Positions 9,905 through 19,700 of a stretch of 38,042 nt of DNA are shown one piece after another. How positions within the stretch are numbered: position 1 is the stretch's first letter; every line of letters starts with the position of its first letter. Source of the stretch: an uncultured Gammaproteobacteria bacterium (GTDB lineage: Bacteria > Patescibacteriota > Patescibacteriia > SG8-24 > DYFX01); contig CAYMBC010000002.1 of assembly GCA_964388605.1 (NCBI GenBank), positions 1 through 38,042 of the forward strand, read 5' to 3'. The notes beneath the pieces were generated by a model. That model did not search any database, was not told the origin of the DNA, and worked only from the letters and a program-made list of their open reading frames with translations. The position numbers and the translations under genes are program-made.

Positions 9905-10789
9905 TTAGGCTTCGGTTCCCATGCGCCGCAAGGCGCTGATCCGTTTTTCGACGGGAGGATGCGTCGAGAGGAGTTCTGCCAGGAAGCCGTTCGATCCGAA
10001 CGGATTCGCGATATACAAGTGCGCGGTCGCGGAGTGCGCGCGCTGCAGGGGTCCCTGGTAGCTCGAAATTTTTTCGAGCGCCCGCGCCAAGCCTTCGGGG
10101 TAGCGGGTCAGGAGCGATCCGGAAGCGTCGGCTAAATATTCCCTGCGCCGCGAGACGGCGAGTTTCACCAGATTGGCGATGATCGGCGCGAGCACGATGG
10201 CGACGAGGCTGATCACGAGAAGGACTCCTCCGCCGCGCTTGCGATCGTCGCTGCCGCCATGCAGGCTGGAGCGCAGGAACAGGTCCGACATCAGCGCGAC
10301 GACGCCGACAAGGACGACAACGATGGTCATGACGCGGGTGTCGTAGTTTTTGATGTGCGAAAGTTCGTGCGCCGCCACGCCCTCCAGCTCCGTTCGATCA
10401 AGCCGCGCGAGGAGGCCGGTCGTGAAGGCTACGGAGGCGGTTTCGGGCGTGCGCCCGGTCGCGAAAGCGTTCGGGGCGGGGTCTTGGATCAGGTAGATCT
10501 TCGGCATCGGCTGGCCGTTCGCGATGCACAGGTTTTCGACCAGCCGCCATACTTCCGGCGCGTCTTCTTTTGTGATCTCCGCCGCTCCGGACGCCAGGAG
10601 AGCCATTTTGTCTCCGGCGTAGTAGGCGACGAGAGTCGTTACGGAGGCATAGGCCGCCGCAATCAGCAGAATGCCGCCATCGGAGCCGTAAGACGCGTCA
10701 AGCAGCCAGCCCAAACCGAGAACGAGGATAAGGAACGCCAAGATGAGCAAAAGGCTCTTTCTTTTGTTGGAAGTGATCTGTGAATACAT
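9905..10789 (-). CDS. htpX: Zinc metalloprotease HtpX (M48 family)
   Basis: HELSHIKNYD (HExxH), four predicted TM segments and the conserved EYLADASG block. Confidence 0.9.
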   Translation of the reverse strand: MYSQITSNKRKSLLLILAFLILVLGLGWLLDASYGSDGGILLIAAAYASVTTLVAYYAGDKMALLASGAAEITKEDAPEVWRLVENLCIANGQPMPKIYLIQDPAPNAFATGRTPETASVAFTTGLLARLDRTELEGVAAHELSHIKNYDTRVMTIVVVLVGVVALMSDLFLRSSLHGGSDDRKRGGGVLLVISLVAIVLAPIIANLVKLAVSRRREYLADASGSLLTRYPEGLARALEKISSYQGPLQRAHSATAHLYIANPFGSNGFLAELLSTHPPVEKRISALRRMGTEA

Positions 10790-10795
10790 GGCCTT

Positions 10796-10824
10796 ATTTT
10801 ACCCTTTCTCTAAGGAAGGGACAA
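10796..10824 (-). promoter_or_regulatory. Candidate htpX promoter: TTGTCC-17 nt-TAAAAT, with the -10 ending 6 nt before the ATG
   Basis: The minus strand reads TTGTCC (10824-10819), a 17-nt spacer, TAAAAT (10801-10796), AAGGCC, then ATG at 10789. No SD is possible in 6 nt. Confidence 0.45.
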
Positions 10825-10915
10825 ACGCCGGTTTCCGAAGAGGTGCGAGGGGGCGTCTTGAAAATTTGAGTGAAAGAGGTAGGCTCTGATCGGATCATTC
10901 CGAATAGGAGGAAAC

Positions 10916-11692
10916 ATGTTCGTTTTTCGGGCTTTCTTGGTCGTTTTTGCCGTTTTGACCGCGTGGCGTCCGAACGCTCGGGCAGAGACGTGTTCTGTCG
11001 AACCGGCAGCCGAAGAGGCCGGAACGCATCGTTGTTATGAAGCCGGCAATCACGGACGCGTCCATGTCTGGATCCCCGAAGGCTTCGACCGGAAGACGGC
11101 TGTGACGGTCGTGTATGCCCATGGATTCCGCCTCGGCGGCGACCATTGCCCGCAAGCCGGCTATCTCGATTGTCTCTGGTACGCTCACGGTCTGGCTCAC
11201 CAATTCTCGAAGAGCGGACTCAACGCCCTGTTCGTGGCGGTGGATAGTCCTGTTCGTCCCGGCCAGCGGGTGAAGTGGGGATCGCTCGATGCCTTGCTGC
11301 GGTTCGTGCGTCGCCGGAGCGGCTTCGCGCTCCCGGTGCCTGTGATCGCGGTCGCGCATAGCGCGGGTATCCGCACGGTTACTCGTTTTTTGGGCGAGGC
11401 GCGCTTGCGGCACGTCATCGTCCTCGATGCGCTGTATAACGATTCGGCTCGTCGGCTCGAGAACTGGTACCGAGCATCCAAGCGCCGACGCCTCACGCTC
11501 GTCGGCGCGCAATCGAGGTCTGCCCGGACGCTCGCGCTCGGGAACAAGCTTTTGTGCGAGCGAAAATCAGATCTGTTCGGGCCGTACTCCGCGGCGCGGT
11601 GCGTCGCGGCGGTCGACGCGGACTACGGCCACATGCATGTCGTGACCGACGGCAAGATCCTGCCTGCCGTCTTGGCGCGCGAAGCCCGTTAA
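10916..11692 (+). CDS. Secreted hypothetical protein, possibly alpha/beta-hydrolase fold
   Basis: AGGAGG lies 6 nt upstream of the ATG. There is a signal-peptide-like N-terminus (MFVFRAFLVVFAVLTAWRPNARA). VVYAHGF (oxyanion-like) and AVAHSAG (nucleophile-elbow-like) motifs are present. The function is tentative. Confidence 0.5.
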   Translation: MFVFRAFLVVFAVLTAWRPNARAETCSVEPAAEEAGTHRCYEAGNHGRVHVWIPEGFDRKTAVTVVYAHGFRLGGDHCPQAGYLDCLWYAHGLAHQFSKSGLNALFVAVDSPVRPGQRVKWGSLDALLRFVRRRSGFALPVPVIAVAHSAGIRTVTRFLGEARLRHVIVLDALYNDSARRLENWYRASKRRRLTLVGAQSRSARTLALGNKLLCERKSDLFGPYSAARCVAAVDADYGHMHVVTDGKILPAVLAREAR

Positions 11693-11712
11693 CCGCGCTC
11701 TCATTCTGTCGC

Positions 11713-11736
11713 CCGGCTCATGCGAGCCGGTTTTTT
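11713..11736 (+). terminator. Rho-independent terminator
   Basis: CCGGCTC-ATGC-GAGCCGG followed by TTTTTT, 20 nt after the stop at 11692. Confidence 0.75.
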
Positions 11737-11804
11737 GTTCCATGCCTCTCTTGACAACGCGGGCGCGTTTTGCGAATGTGAGAACTCTCATCGCAGGAGA
11801 AACA

Positions 11805-12683
11805 ATGTTGGAAGCTCTTTGCACGGAAATCAAGCGGCGGAGACTGGAATATGATCGAAATGATCTCCAACGAATTGTCGCCCATGGCCTCGAGGATCTG
11901 AAAAGATGGGCCGCTGACGAGCTCATGGCAAGAGATCCTTTGCTGAACGACTGGCTCTGCATTCTCAAGCATGTTCCGGATTTGCGCGAGCAGGCGGCTC
12001 GAGCCATTTTGAATGATGCATCGGCAAAGGGTTGGATGCTGCTCTCCGTGGCCAAGAGAGTGCCTGCCATGGCACCTGAGGTGCAGAGAAAAATCTTGGT
12101 TCAAACAGGCGGCGACGTCGGGGCAGCGCTCTCGTATCTAGGGTCGTTTCGTGAAGGTCACGAAGCCGCGATCGACCACATTCTTCGCACGTTTCGATTT
12201 CATGATCTGCTCTGCCTCATTCACCGCGCGCGCCCAAAATTTCAGAAAATGATTTTGGCTCGGATGGGTCCTCTGGATGACAGGGAGAAGGTTTCTACCA
12301 AGGCCCTGTTTGTGGCGCTGGAACGAGCCCCAGCTCTCTGCGAAGAGCTTTGCAGGGCGCTTCTCAAGCGCCCGCTCGATCGCTCGGATTTATTAGCGCT
12401 CGTTCATGCGGCGTCCGAGAAGAAGCTTCATGCGGTGGCGGAAGAAGCGGCCAAGAAGCTTCTTGATGCAGAAGATGGCGTGAAAGAAAGCGACCTCTGG
12501 TGCATTTTCGAGCGCGTCCCTTCTTTGCGAGAAGGTGTCGTTGAGCGGCTGCGATTGCTCGAGCTGTCTCCTCAAGACCTGCGCTGGTTGTCGATCTATG
12601 TTTCAGGTGCGGCGCCGCAAGGTTCTGCCACCGAGCTTCGCGCGTGCTCTTTGGACGAGTTGCTGGACATGGTCAAGAACTAG
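11805..12683 (+). CDS. Hypothetical all-helical repeat protein
   Basis: The ATG at 11805 is preceded by AGGAGA (11795-11800). The protein has repetitive helical segments (ERVPSLREG / KRVPAMAPE / ERAPALCEE / KHVPDLREQ) suggestive of HEAT/ARM-like repeats. I recognise no family. Confidence 0.55.
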   Translation: MLEALCTEIKRRRLEYDRNDLQRIVAHGLEDLKRWAADELMARDPLLNDWLCILKHVPDLREQAARAILNDASAKGWMLLSVAKRVPAMAPEVQRKILVQTGGDVGAALSYLGSFREGHEAAIDHILRTFRFHDLLCLIHRARPKFQKMILARMGPLDDREKVSTKALFVALERAPALCEELCRALLKRPLDRSDLLALVHAASEKKLHAVAEEAAKKLLDAEDGVKESDLWCIFERVPSLREGVVERLRLLELSPQDLRWLSIYVSGAAPQGSATELRACSLDELLDMVKN

Positions 12684-12703
12684 ATCCATTTTCGTGTTCG
12701 CAT

Positions 12704-12729
12704 ACGGCTTGTTCAGAGCCGTTTTTTTT
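12704..12729 (+). terminator. Rho-independent terminator
   Basis: ACGGCT-TGTTCAG-AGCCGT followed by a T8 run. Confidence 0.7.
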
Positions 12730-12788
12730 GTACGGGAAACAGGCGCGCCGCGGAAAATGGAGCGGCAGCTTCTTCAAGAAGGCATGAC

Positions 12789-12814
12789 AAAAGCCGCCCG
12801 AGCGAGCGGCTTTT
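12789..12814 (-). terminator. Hairpin terminator downstream of lemA (A/T tracts on both sides, possibly bidirectional)
   Basis: AAAAGCCGC-CCGAGCGA-GCGGCTTTT lies 5 nt beyond the lemA stop codon at 12819-12821. Confidence 0.6.
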
Positions 12815-12818
12815 GTTG

Positions 12819-13379
12819 TTAGAATTTTACCTCTATATTTTTCTGAGCTTCGTGATCGTCCGGAAGATCGAAGAATTCGCGTTTGTTGAAGCCGAGCGAG
12901 TTTGCGATCAAATTGTTCGGGAACACCTGCATGCTGATGTTCAAGTCGCGGGCGTTGGCGTTGTAGAAGCGGCGGGAGGCCTGGATCTTGTCTTCCGCGT
13001 CGCGCAGCTCGTGCTGCAGATCGAGGAAGTTCTGGTTGGCTTTGAGATCCGGGTAGGCCTCGGAAACCGCGAAGAGGGACTTCAAGGTTTGCGAGAGCGT
13101 ATTTTCAGCCTGAGCATGCGCACCCGGCGTTTGGGCGCCCATGGCGGCCGCACGGGCTTTGGTCACGTTTTCGAAAGCGGTGGATTCGTGCGTAGCGTAG
13201 CCCTTCACCGCGTTGACAAGGTTCGGGATCAGGTCGTAACGGCGCTTGAGCTGAACCTCGATGTCGGACCAGGCTTCCTCCGTTCGGATGTTCAGCGTGA
13301 CCAGCCTGTTGTAGACGGACCAGAGCCAGAGGCCGGCGAGGATGATGATGCCGAGGATGATGTAGAGTCCCATTCCCAT
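12819..13379 (-). CDS. lemA: LemA family membrane protein
   Basis: From the ATG at 13379 the protein reads MGMGLYIILGIIILAGLWLWSVYNRLV ... EEAWSDIEVQLKRRYDLIPNLV ... RRFYNANARDLN, the characteristic LemA blocks. The longer ORF-track N-terminus is not LemA-like. Confidence 0.9.
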   Translation of the reverse strand: MGMGLYIILGIIILAGLWLWSVYNRLVTLNIRTEEAWSDIEVQLKRRYDLIPNLVNAVKGYATHESTAFENVTKARAAAMGAQTPGAHAQAENTLSQTLKSLFAVSEAYPDLKANQNFLDLQHELRDAEDKIQASRRFYNANARDLNISMQVFPNNLIANSLGFNKREFFDLPDDHEAQKNIEVKF

Positions 13380-13473
13380 AGTGTGTGATGCTTTTTTCGG
13401 CGTGTAGTGTAAGATGGCTCCATTATGGACTACATCTCCAGCCTTTTCAAGGCGCGTACGCATCGCGACCACT

Positions 13474-14703
13474 ATGAAAGGGCTTGAAAATCCTGGCGTA
13501 TCGTCCGGCGGCATGTGTCCGCACGGCAACGATCCCGAAAAATGCGCGACGTGCCAGGAGGCCAGGGTGGTCGAATCGGACCACCGCTTCGACATCGTCG
13601 AAGGCGGTATGGGTGCGCGAAGACTCGAGAAGCTTGGTCTCCAGGAACGCCTGAAGACTCCGGAAGAAAGGAAGAAGCTGTTCGCCGGCCTGACGGACGA
13701 GCAGTATCAGAAGATGCTCGGATACGTGAATTCGCTCGTGCGTGGCAAGAAGATTTCCTATGGGTACGGACACAGTGCGCCGCCGATGCTCGCGGTTCCG
13801 CCGAGGGAGATGAAAGATCCGTTGATGCGGGAAACCTTCGCGGCGGTGCGCGAGATCTTGGCGGACGAGAGCGCGACGCCTGAAGTGGCGCTGCGGCTCG
13901 CCGGACTGACGATGGGGGGAGCCGTCAACTACATTCATCCGTACGACGACGGCAACGGGCGCGTCGGGCGCCTCATGCATTACCTGATGGAATTCGGTAC
14001 CGAGCGCGAAGGCGTCACGGACGACGAGCTCCGCGCCCTTATCGCGAAGGCGCCGCTGTATGAAGGCGAGCTCGATCTCGTCATCGAGGATACGCCACCG
14101 GTGGAACTGGAGCTCGCCTTGAAAAAAACCGCCGCGGCGCACGATGCGGGGTATGCGGACCTCGATGAGGAGCGACAGGCGGCGGAAGCGGTCCGAGCGT
14201 ATCTGAAGATGATGAAGGGCGAGATTTCCGTGCCGTTGACGCGCGACGCGCGGATCGTGACCCGTCGGCACGCGGGCGAGACGCCGAAAGTGCAAGAGTT
14301 CCCCAAAGGCAGCATCGATGGTCGCGCATATTACTTGCGTTCATACGAATCCGGTTCCACGGCCCCGAATCGCTCGCACGATCAGATGCCGCCCGGAGCG
14401 TCATTCGCGATGAGCGCGGCGACTCGGAGAAGGAGCATTTCACCCTCCCGATTGACCTCGTCTAGCGACAGGCCTCGTAAACAAGCGCGTTTGACGCGTA
14501 ACGAACTTCCATGGACTACAACCCCTCCATCTTCAAGGCGTACGACATCCGAGGACTTGTCAGAAAGGACTTTGACGACGCGTTCTGCGAGGCGCTCGGG
14601 CGCGCCTTCGTGGTGCACACCGGAGCCAAAGTCGTCGTCGCCGGGCGCGACATGCGCGGCAGTTCGCCCGGTTATTTCGCGGCGCTCACCCGCGGCATCC
14701 TGA
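13474..14703 (+). CDS. fic: Fic-domain protein (AMPylase family); the 3' end is probably mis-framed
   Basis: The Fic motif HPYDDGNGRVGR is at 13936-13971. The N-terminus has a Cys cluster (CPHGNDPEKCATC). After about 14350 the translation becomes low-complexity Ser/Arg/Pro/Thr and overlaps the PMM/PGM gene by 193 nt. The neighbouring frame reads FHGPESLARSDAARSVIRDERGDSEKEHFTLPIDLV and stops at TAG 14463-14465. Confidence 0.75.
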   Translation: MKGLENPGVSSGGMCPHGNDPEKCATCQEARVVESDHRFDIVEGGMGARRLEKLGLQERLKTPEERKKLFAGLTDEQYQKMLGYVNSLVRGKKISYGYGHSAPPMLAVPPREMKDPLMRETFAAVREILADESATPEVALRLAGLTMGGAVNYIHPYDDGNGRVGRLMHYLMEFGTEREGVTDDELRALIAKAPLYEGELDLVIEDTPPVELELALKKTAAAHDAGYADLDEERQAAEAVRAYLKMMKGEISVPLTRDARIVTRRHAGETPKVQEFPKGSIDGRAYYLRSYESGSTAPNRSHDQMPPGASFAMSAATRRRSISPSRLTSSSDRPRKQARLTRNELPWTTTPPSSRRTTSEDLSERTLTTRSARRSGAPSWCTPEPKSSSPGATCAAVRPVISRRSPAAS

Positions 14704-15857
14704 AGCAGGGGGCCGACGTCGTCGATATCGGCATGGTTTCGACGCCGATGTTTTATTACGCCGCCGCCGAATACGATTTGCATGACGCCGGCATCATGGT
14801 GACGGCTTCTCACAATCCGGCGGAGTACAACGGTTTCAAAATGGTCCACGGCGACGCCATGCCGATCGGCAAGGGGAGCGGCATGGAAGCGTTGAAAGCG
14901 CTTGTCGAAAAAAACGAATTTCCGGACGCGCCCGAAGGGACGCTGATCGAAACCGACATCACGGAAGAATATCTCGGCCGCCTGTTCGAGCTCGTGCCGG
15001 CGGAGTCCGTTAAAAAATTGACGGTCGCGGTCGATGCCGGCAATGGCATGGGCGGCGTCATCTTGCCGGAAATTTTCAAGCGGCTTGACGTGAAGGTGCA
15101 TCCGCTCTTTTGGGAACCGGACGGCACGTTCCCGAACCACGAAGCGAATCCGCTCAAGACGGAAACGCTCAAGGATTTGCAGGCAAAAATCAGGGAGACG
15201 CGCGCCGATGTCGGGATCGCGCTCGACGGAGATGCTGATCGCATCGGGCTTGTCGACGAAAAGGGCGTGGTCGTTTCCGCGTCGGAAATCATCGCCATGC
15301 TGGCGCATGTGCTGCTCCCCGGGCATGCAGGCGAAGTCGCGACCTACAATGTGAGCTGCGGCCGCGTCGCACCTGAAGAAATCAAGGCTTCCGGCGGCGT
15401 GCCGCTCATGACGCCGACCGGCCACGCGCTCATCAAGCACATCGTCCGCGAGAAGGACGCCGTCTTCGGCGGCGAGCTTTCGGGTCATTTCTATTTCCGC
15501 GATTTCGGCGGCGTCGAAAATACCGACTACGCCATGCTGCTCGTGCTCCAGCTCCTCTCGCGCCAGGAAAAAACGCTCTCCGAACTGGTCGCGCCCTTCC
15601 GTCGCTACGTGCATTCGGGCGAAATCAACTTCAAAGTCAGCGACGCGCAGGCCAAGATGGCCGCCATTCGCGGGCGTCTCGAGCCGGAAGCGGCAACGGT
15701 TACCGAGATTGACGGCTTGCGCTTTGATTTCTCCGATTGGTGGTGTAGTATTCGCGCGTCAAATACCGAGCCGCTGCTCAGGTTGAATGTCGAAGCGGCG
15801 ACCGAGAATTTGATGGAACGAAAAAAACAGGAATTGGTCTCGCTTATCACCGCTTGA
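14511..15857 (+). CDS. Phosphomannomutase/phosphoglucomutase (alpha-D-phosphohexomutase family)
   Basis: Active-site loop TASHNPAEYNGFK, metal loop ALDGDADRIGLV and sugar loop GGELSGH. The length of 448 aa is typical. Confidence 0.9.
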   Translation: MDYNPSIFKAYDIRGLVRKDFDDAFCEALGRAFVVHTGAKVVVAGRDMRGSSPGYFAALTRGILKQGADVVDIGMVSTPMFYYAAAEYDLHDAGIMVTASHNPAEYNGFKMVHGDAMPIGKGSGMEALKALVEKNEFPDAPEGTLIETDITEEYLGRLFELVPAESVKKLTVAVDAGNGMGGVILPEIFKRLDVKVHPLFWEPDGTFPNHEANPLKTETLKDLQAKIRETRADVGIALDGDADRIGLVDEKGVVVSASEIIAMLAHVLLPGHAGEVATYNVSCGRVAPEEIKASGGVPLMTPTGHALIKHIVREKDAVFGGELSGHFYFRDFGGVENTDYAMLLVLQLLSRQEKTLSELVAPFRRYVHSGEINFKVSDAQAKMAAIRGRLEPEAATVTEIDGLRFDFSDWWCSIRASNTEPLLRLNVEAATENLMERKKQELVSLITA

Positions 15858-15869
15858 TGGAGGTGCTCC

Positions 15870-16574
15870 TTGATCCCCACCCTGTTTCCCGCAATCGAGG
15901 CGCTGTTCTGCAATCTTGATGGGACGCTGATCGACTCGGAAGTGCCCATCCGCAACTCCTGGTCGGATATTCTCTTTCGATACGGCTGCGATTTTTCCAG
16001 GTTCGATTACGGAAAGATCATCGGTCTGCCCGAGGATGAGAAGATCGGTGTCGTGTTCGGCTTCTTCGGTCTCTCGGTCGACAAGCAGGAGTTCGATCGG
16101 CAGTTGCAAGTTCGACTGCGCGAACGCTTGTCCGACGAGATGGCGCTCATGCCGGGCGCTATGCAGTTGCTCGAGACGTGCGCTGCAACCGGCGCGCCTA
16201 TAGGCATGATCACCTCGGCGAGCCAGCGGCACGCCGAGCTCGCGATCGCCAAGTTCGGGTTTGGGAAGTACTTCCGAACGAACTGCATTGTCACCGCCGA
16301 TACGGAGGGGCTCGAGGCTCGCAAGCCAAGCCGGGCTCCGTATCTGATGGGGGCGAAGCGTCTTGGCGCGAAGCCGTTCCGTTGCATTGTCTTCGAGGAC
16401 ACCGTTTGCGGTGCCACCGCCGGACTCGCCGCCGGGATGAGCGTCGTGGCGATTCCGCACAGGCTTTCGCCGCGGGAAGGCTTCGAGTCTTGTCCGCAAG
16501 CCTACGTGCTTCCCGAGGGGCAGCACGCGGGGGATTTCCGCTTCGAACACATCGCGCATCGGCTCCCGAAGTAA
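15870..16574 (+). CDS. HAD-superfamily hydrolase (beta-phosphoglucomutase-like subfamily) with Asn in place of the motif I nucleophile Asp
   Basis: The TTG start is preceded by GGAGG (15859-15863). Motif I reads FCNLDGTLIDSE (canonical DxDGTL), motif II ITSAS, motif III ARKPSRAPY and motif IV VFEDTVCG. Confidence 0.75.
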   Translation: MIPTLFPAIEALFCNLDGTLIDSEVPIRNSWSDILFRYGCDFSRFDYGKIIGLPEDEKIGVVFGFFGLSVDKQEFDRQLQVRLRERLSDEMALMPGAMQLLETCAATGAPIGMITSASQRHAELAIAKFGFGKYFRTNCIVTADTEGLEARKPSRAPYLMGAKRLGAKPFRCIVFEDTVCGATAGLAAGMSVVAIPHRLSPREGFESCPQAYVLPEGQHAGDFRFEHIAHRLPK

Positions 16575-16629
16575 CCGCGTCTGCGGCAAGATCGGGAGTT
16601 TTTCTTTTTCCAAAACCTGTAACATTACC

Positions 16630-16658
16630 TTGACAAAACGGTTTTTTTCCTCCATTAT
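16630..16658 (+). promoter_or_regulatory. Candidate sigma70-type promoter TTGACA-17 nt-CATTAT for the helicase gene
   Basis: TTGACA is at 16630-16635 and CATTAT at 16653-16658. About 85 nt of leader follow, then a GGAG 8 nt before the ATG at 16745. Confidence 0.5.
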
Positions 16659-16744
16659 CGGCGGTTCCTCCGAAGGCCGTTCGGGCGGGGGAATCGTTCA
16701 TTTTACAAGCAAAAACCAACCCGAACGGAACACAGGAGAGACCG

Positions 16745-19700
16745 ATGCAAGGAGAGCGGCTACCGATCCTCGCGAGACGCGGGGAGATCGTGGATGCGAT
16801 TCGTGAGAACCAAGTGGTCGTGCTGGCTGCCCACAACGGCGCCGGCAAGACGACCTGGGTGCCGCGCTTCCTCCTCGAGGAGGGGTTCGGCAAGGGAGGC
16901 TTGATCGGCGTCACGCAGCCGCGCAGGGTCGCGGCCATGAGCGTCGCGGCCTACGTGGCCGAACAGATGGAGTCCGGGCTCGGTGTAAAGGTCGGTTACC
17001 AGATCCGGCACGACCAGCGCCTTTCTCCCAAGACCGCCATCAAGTTCATGACCGACGGCATCCTGTTGCGCGAGCTGCAGGCTGACCCGTTGGTCAAGCA
17101 GTACGGCGTGCTCGTACTCGATGAGATGCACGAGCGCAACATGAACCAGGATTTCACCCTGGCTTTGGTCAAGCGCGCGCTGGAACAGCGCCCTGGCCTC
17201 AAGGTCGTGGTCATGTCGGCGACGCTCAACGAGAAGGTCTTTGCCGACTACTTCGACGCCAAGATCGTTCGGATCGAGGGTCGGCAGTATCCGGTTGAGA
17301 TCGAGTATCTCGAAGAGATGCCCTACGACGTGATCGAAGAGTCCATCGCGGCTGTCTCGGCGGCGCTCACACGCACGCGGGGCGACGTGCTGGTCTTCGC
17401 GCCGGACCTGGCTTCGATCAACAAGATCACGAGCCAGCTCGCCGAGCAGAAACTCGGCGTAGAGATCCGCGCGCTCTACGGCGATCAGTCGCCGGAGGAG
17501 CAGCGTCGCGTCTTCGTCCGTGGCGGCCGCCGCGTCATCGTGGCGACCAACATCGCCGAGACGTCGATTACTCTCGATGGAGTGACGGCCGTGGTCGACA
17601 CCGGGCTGATCAAGCAGATGGCGTACTTGCCGCATGCCGCGATGTCATCGCTGCAAGCGGTCGAGCACTCCCGTGCCGGGTGCGATCAGCGCGCCGGACG
17701 GGCCGGACGCACCGCGCCCGGGCTGTGCTTGCGGCTCTACACGCGCGACAACTTCCATCGTCGCGATGCCTTCACGCCGCCGGAGATCCTCCGCTCGAGC
17801 ATCGAGCAGGTGATCCTACAAATGAAGGCGATGGAGATGGACGACGCAATGATCGACAGCTTCGGCTTCCTCGACGCGCCGTCGCGCGAGTCCTTCGCCG
17901 CTGCGCGCGACACGCTGCGTTCCATCAGCGCTATCGACGGGGAGGGAAACCTCACTGACGACGGGCGCTTCATGACGCATATTCCGCTGCCGCCCATCGT
18001 GACCCGCATGGTCTTGAGCGCGCGCGTGCACGGATGCGTCGAGGCGGTCGTCACGATCGCCGCGAGCTTCGCGACGCGCAGCGTCTTCGTTCGGCCGCAG
18101 GAGAAACAGGGGGAGGCGGATCGGGCGCATGCCAAGTTCCGCAACCCGAATTCCGACTTCATGTCGGTCCTGAACGCGGTCGAGGCGTATCGCGACGCTC
18201 CGAACCGCCGTTTGTTCGCTTCCGAGAATTTCTTGCACAGCCGCGCGATCGAAGATGTGCTCGCGACGGAACGTCAGATCCACGGCTTGCTCGAGAAGTT
18301 CGGCATCGAACGATCGAACGATCGTGACTCGCACAAGATCGGATTGTCGGTGGCTTCCGGACTTATGTCCCGGCTGTTCGTACATAATGGCGGCAGGGGG
18401 CATGCGTATCTCCGCAATGATACGGCGAACTATGTCTTCATTCATCCCAGTTCGAGTCTCTTCAAGCGTGTTCCCCAGTACTTTGTTGCCGCAGGCATCG
18501 TCGAGACGACGAAGGCCTACGCGCGCATGCTGCAGGCGGTCACGCAGCCGATGCTGCGGGATCTGATCCCGGAGGGCGAGCTGGAGCGGACGCCGCTTCG
18601 CTACTACGTCGATGGCACTGCCGAGCCGCCGACGCTCTGTTGCGAAGTTGGCATCTCATGGCGCGGGCACCGCCTCGGCGTCGCGTACGACGACGATATT
18701 CGCGGCCCGATGGTCTTCGGACCGATCGTGCAGGAAATCGTTGCGTCGCACGGCGGCGGCGTGTTTCGCCATGACGGCTTGCCGGGTATCCATACCCTGG
18801 GAAGCTGGCATCCGGACGTCAACGAAAACATCTGGTCCATCCGAAACTTCAGCACTCGCTTCGTCTCGTTCATTCCGCCCTCCGCGGCGGAGCTCACGAG
18901 ATTCTATTGCGAGCGCTTGGAGGGAGTCTCGTCGATCGAAGATGCGCTCAAGCGCGATCTGAAGATGGATCTGACGGAGAGGCTCAGCGATGATGATCTG
19001 GAGAGACACCTCCGTCCGACCGCTTCGGTCCTTCCGCCGCTTCCCGCGCCTGTTCCTGCGAGCCCGGCCTCATACGCCGAGATGCCGCGCAAGGAAGAGG
19101 TTGTGGGAGAAACGGAGCGGCTTGGGCGTTTGGCGCGCGACGCGATCAAGCAGGAAATCGGAACGTGCCCGCTGTGCGGACACGATCTGTCGGACACGTG
19201 TTATCACAATCACGACCCGCGCCGCTTGCTCTTTGAGGGGTCTACGAGCGTCTACCTGACGCTCTTGACCGACAGCGGTCAGGAAGTCGCGCGCGTTCTC
19301 GTGCATAAGAGCGACGGTCGCGTCGAGCTTCACACGAACACGCGCTTGCTCAACTGGCGCAGCTGGACGGGCAAGCACTTCACGTCGATCAACGCGAAGC
19401 GCCGCACGGATGACATCATCCCCGCGACGGTCCGCGATCTCGACGGCTTCATGGCTGCGTTCGAAGAGTTGAAGCGCTGGCGTGCCGAAGCGGAGCGCAT
19501 CAAGGCCGAAGAGGCCGCTCTCCGCAAGGAGATCGCTCGCGGCAACGTCGCGCGTCTCACGTTCGAGTCCTCGGTGGGCGGGCGTCCGGTCGCACACCAT
19601 CGCGGCATGACGTACGTCCCTCCCAATGCTCTGCCGTATCCGGAAGTCGGGGAGACCTGGTTCTGCCGTCTCACGACGCCGACCCAGGGCAGGCCTTCCG

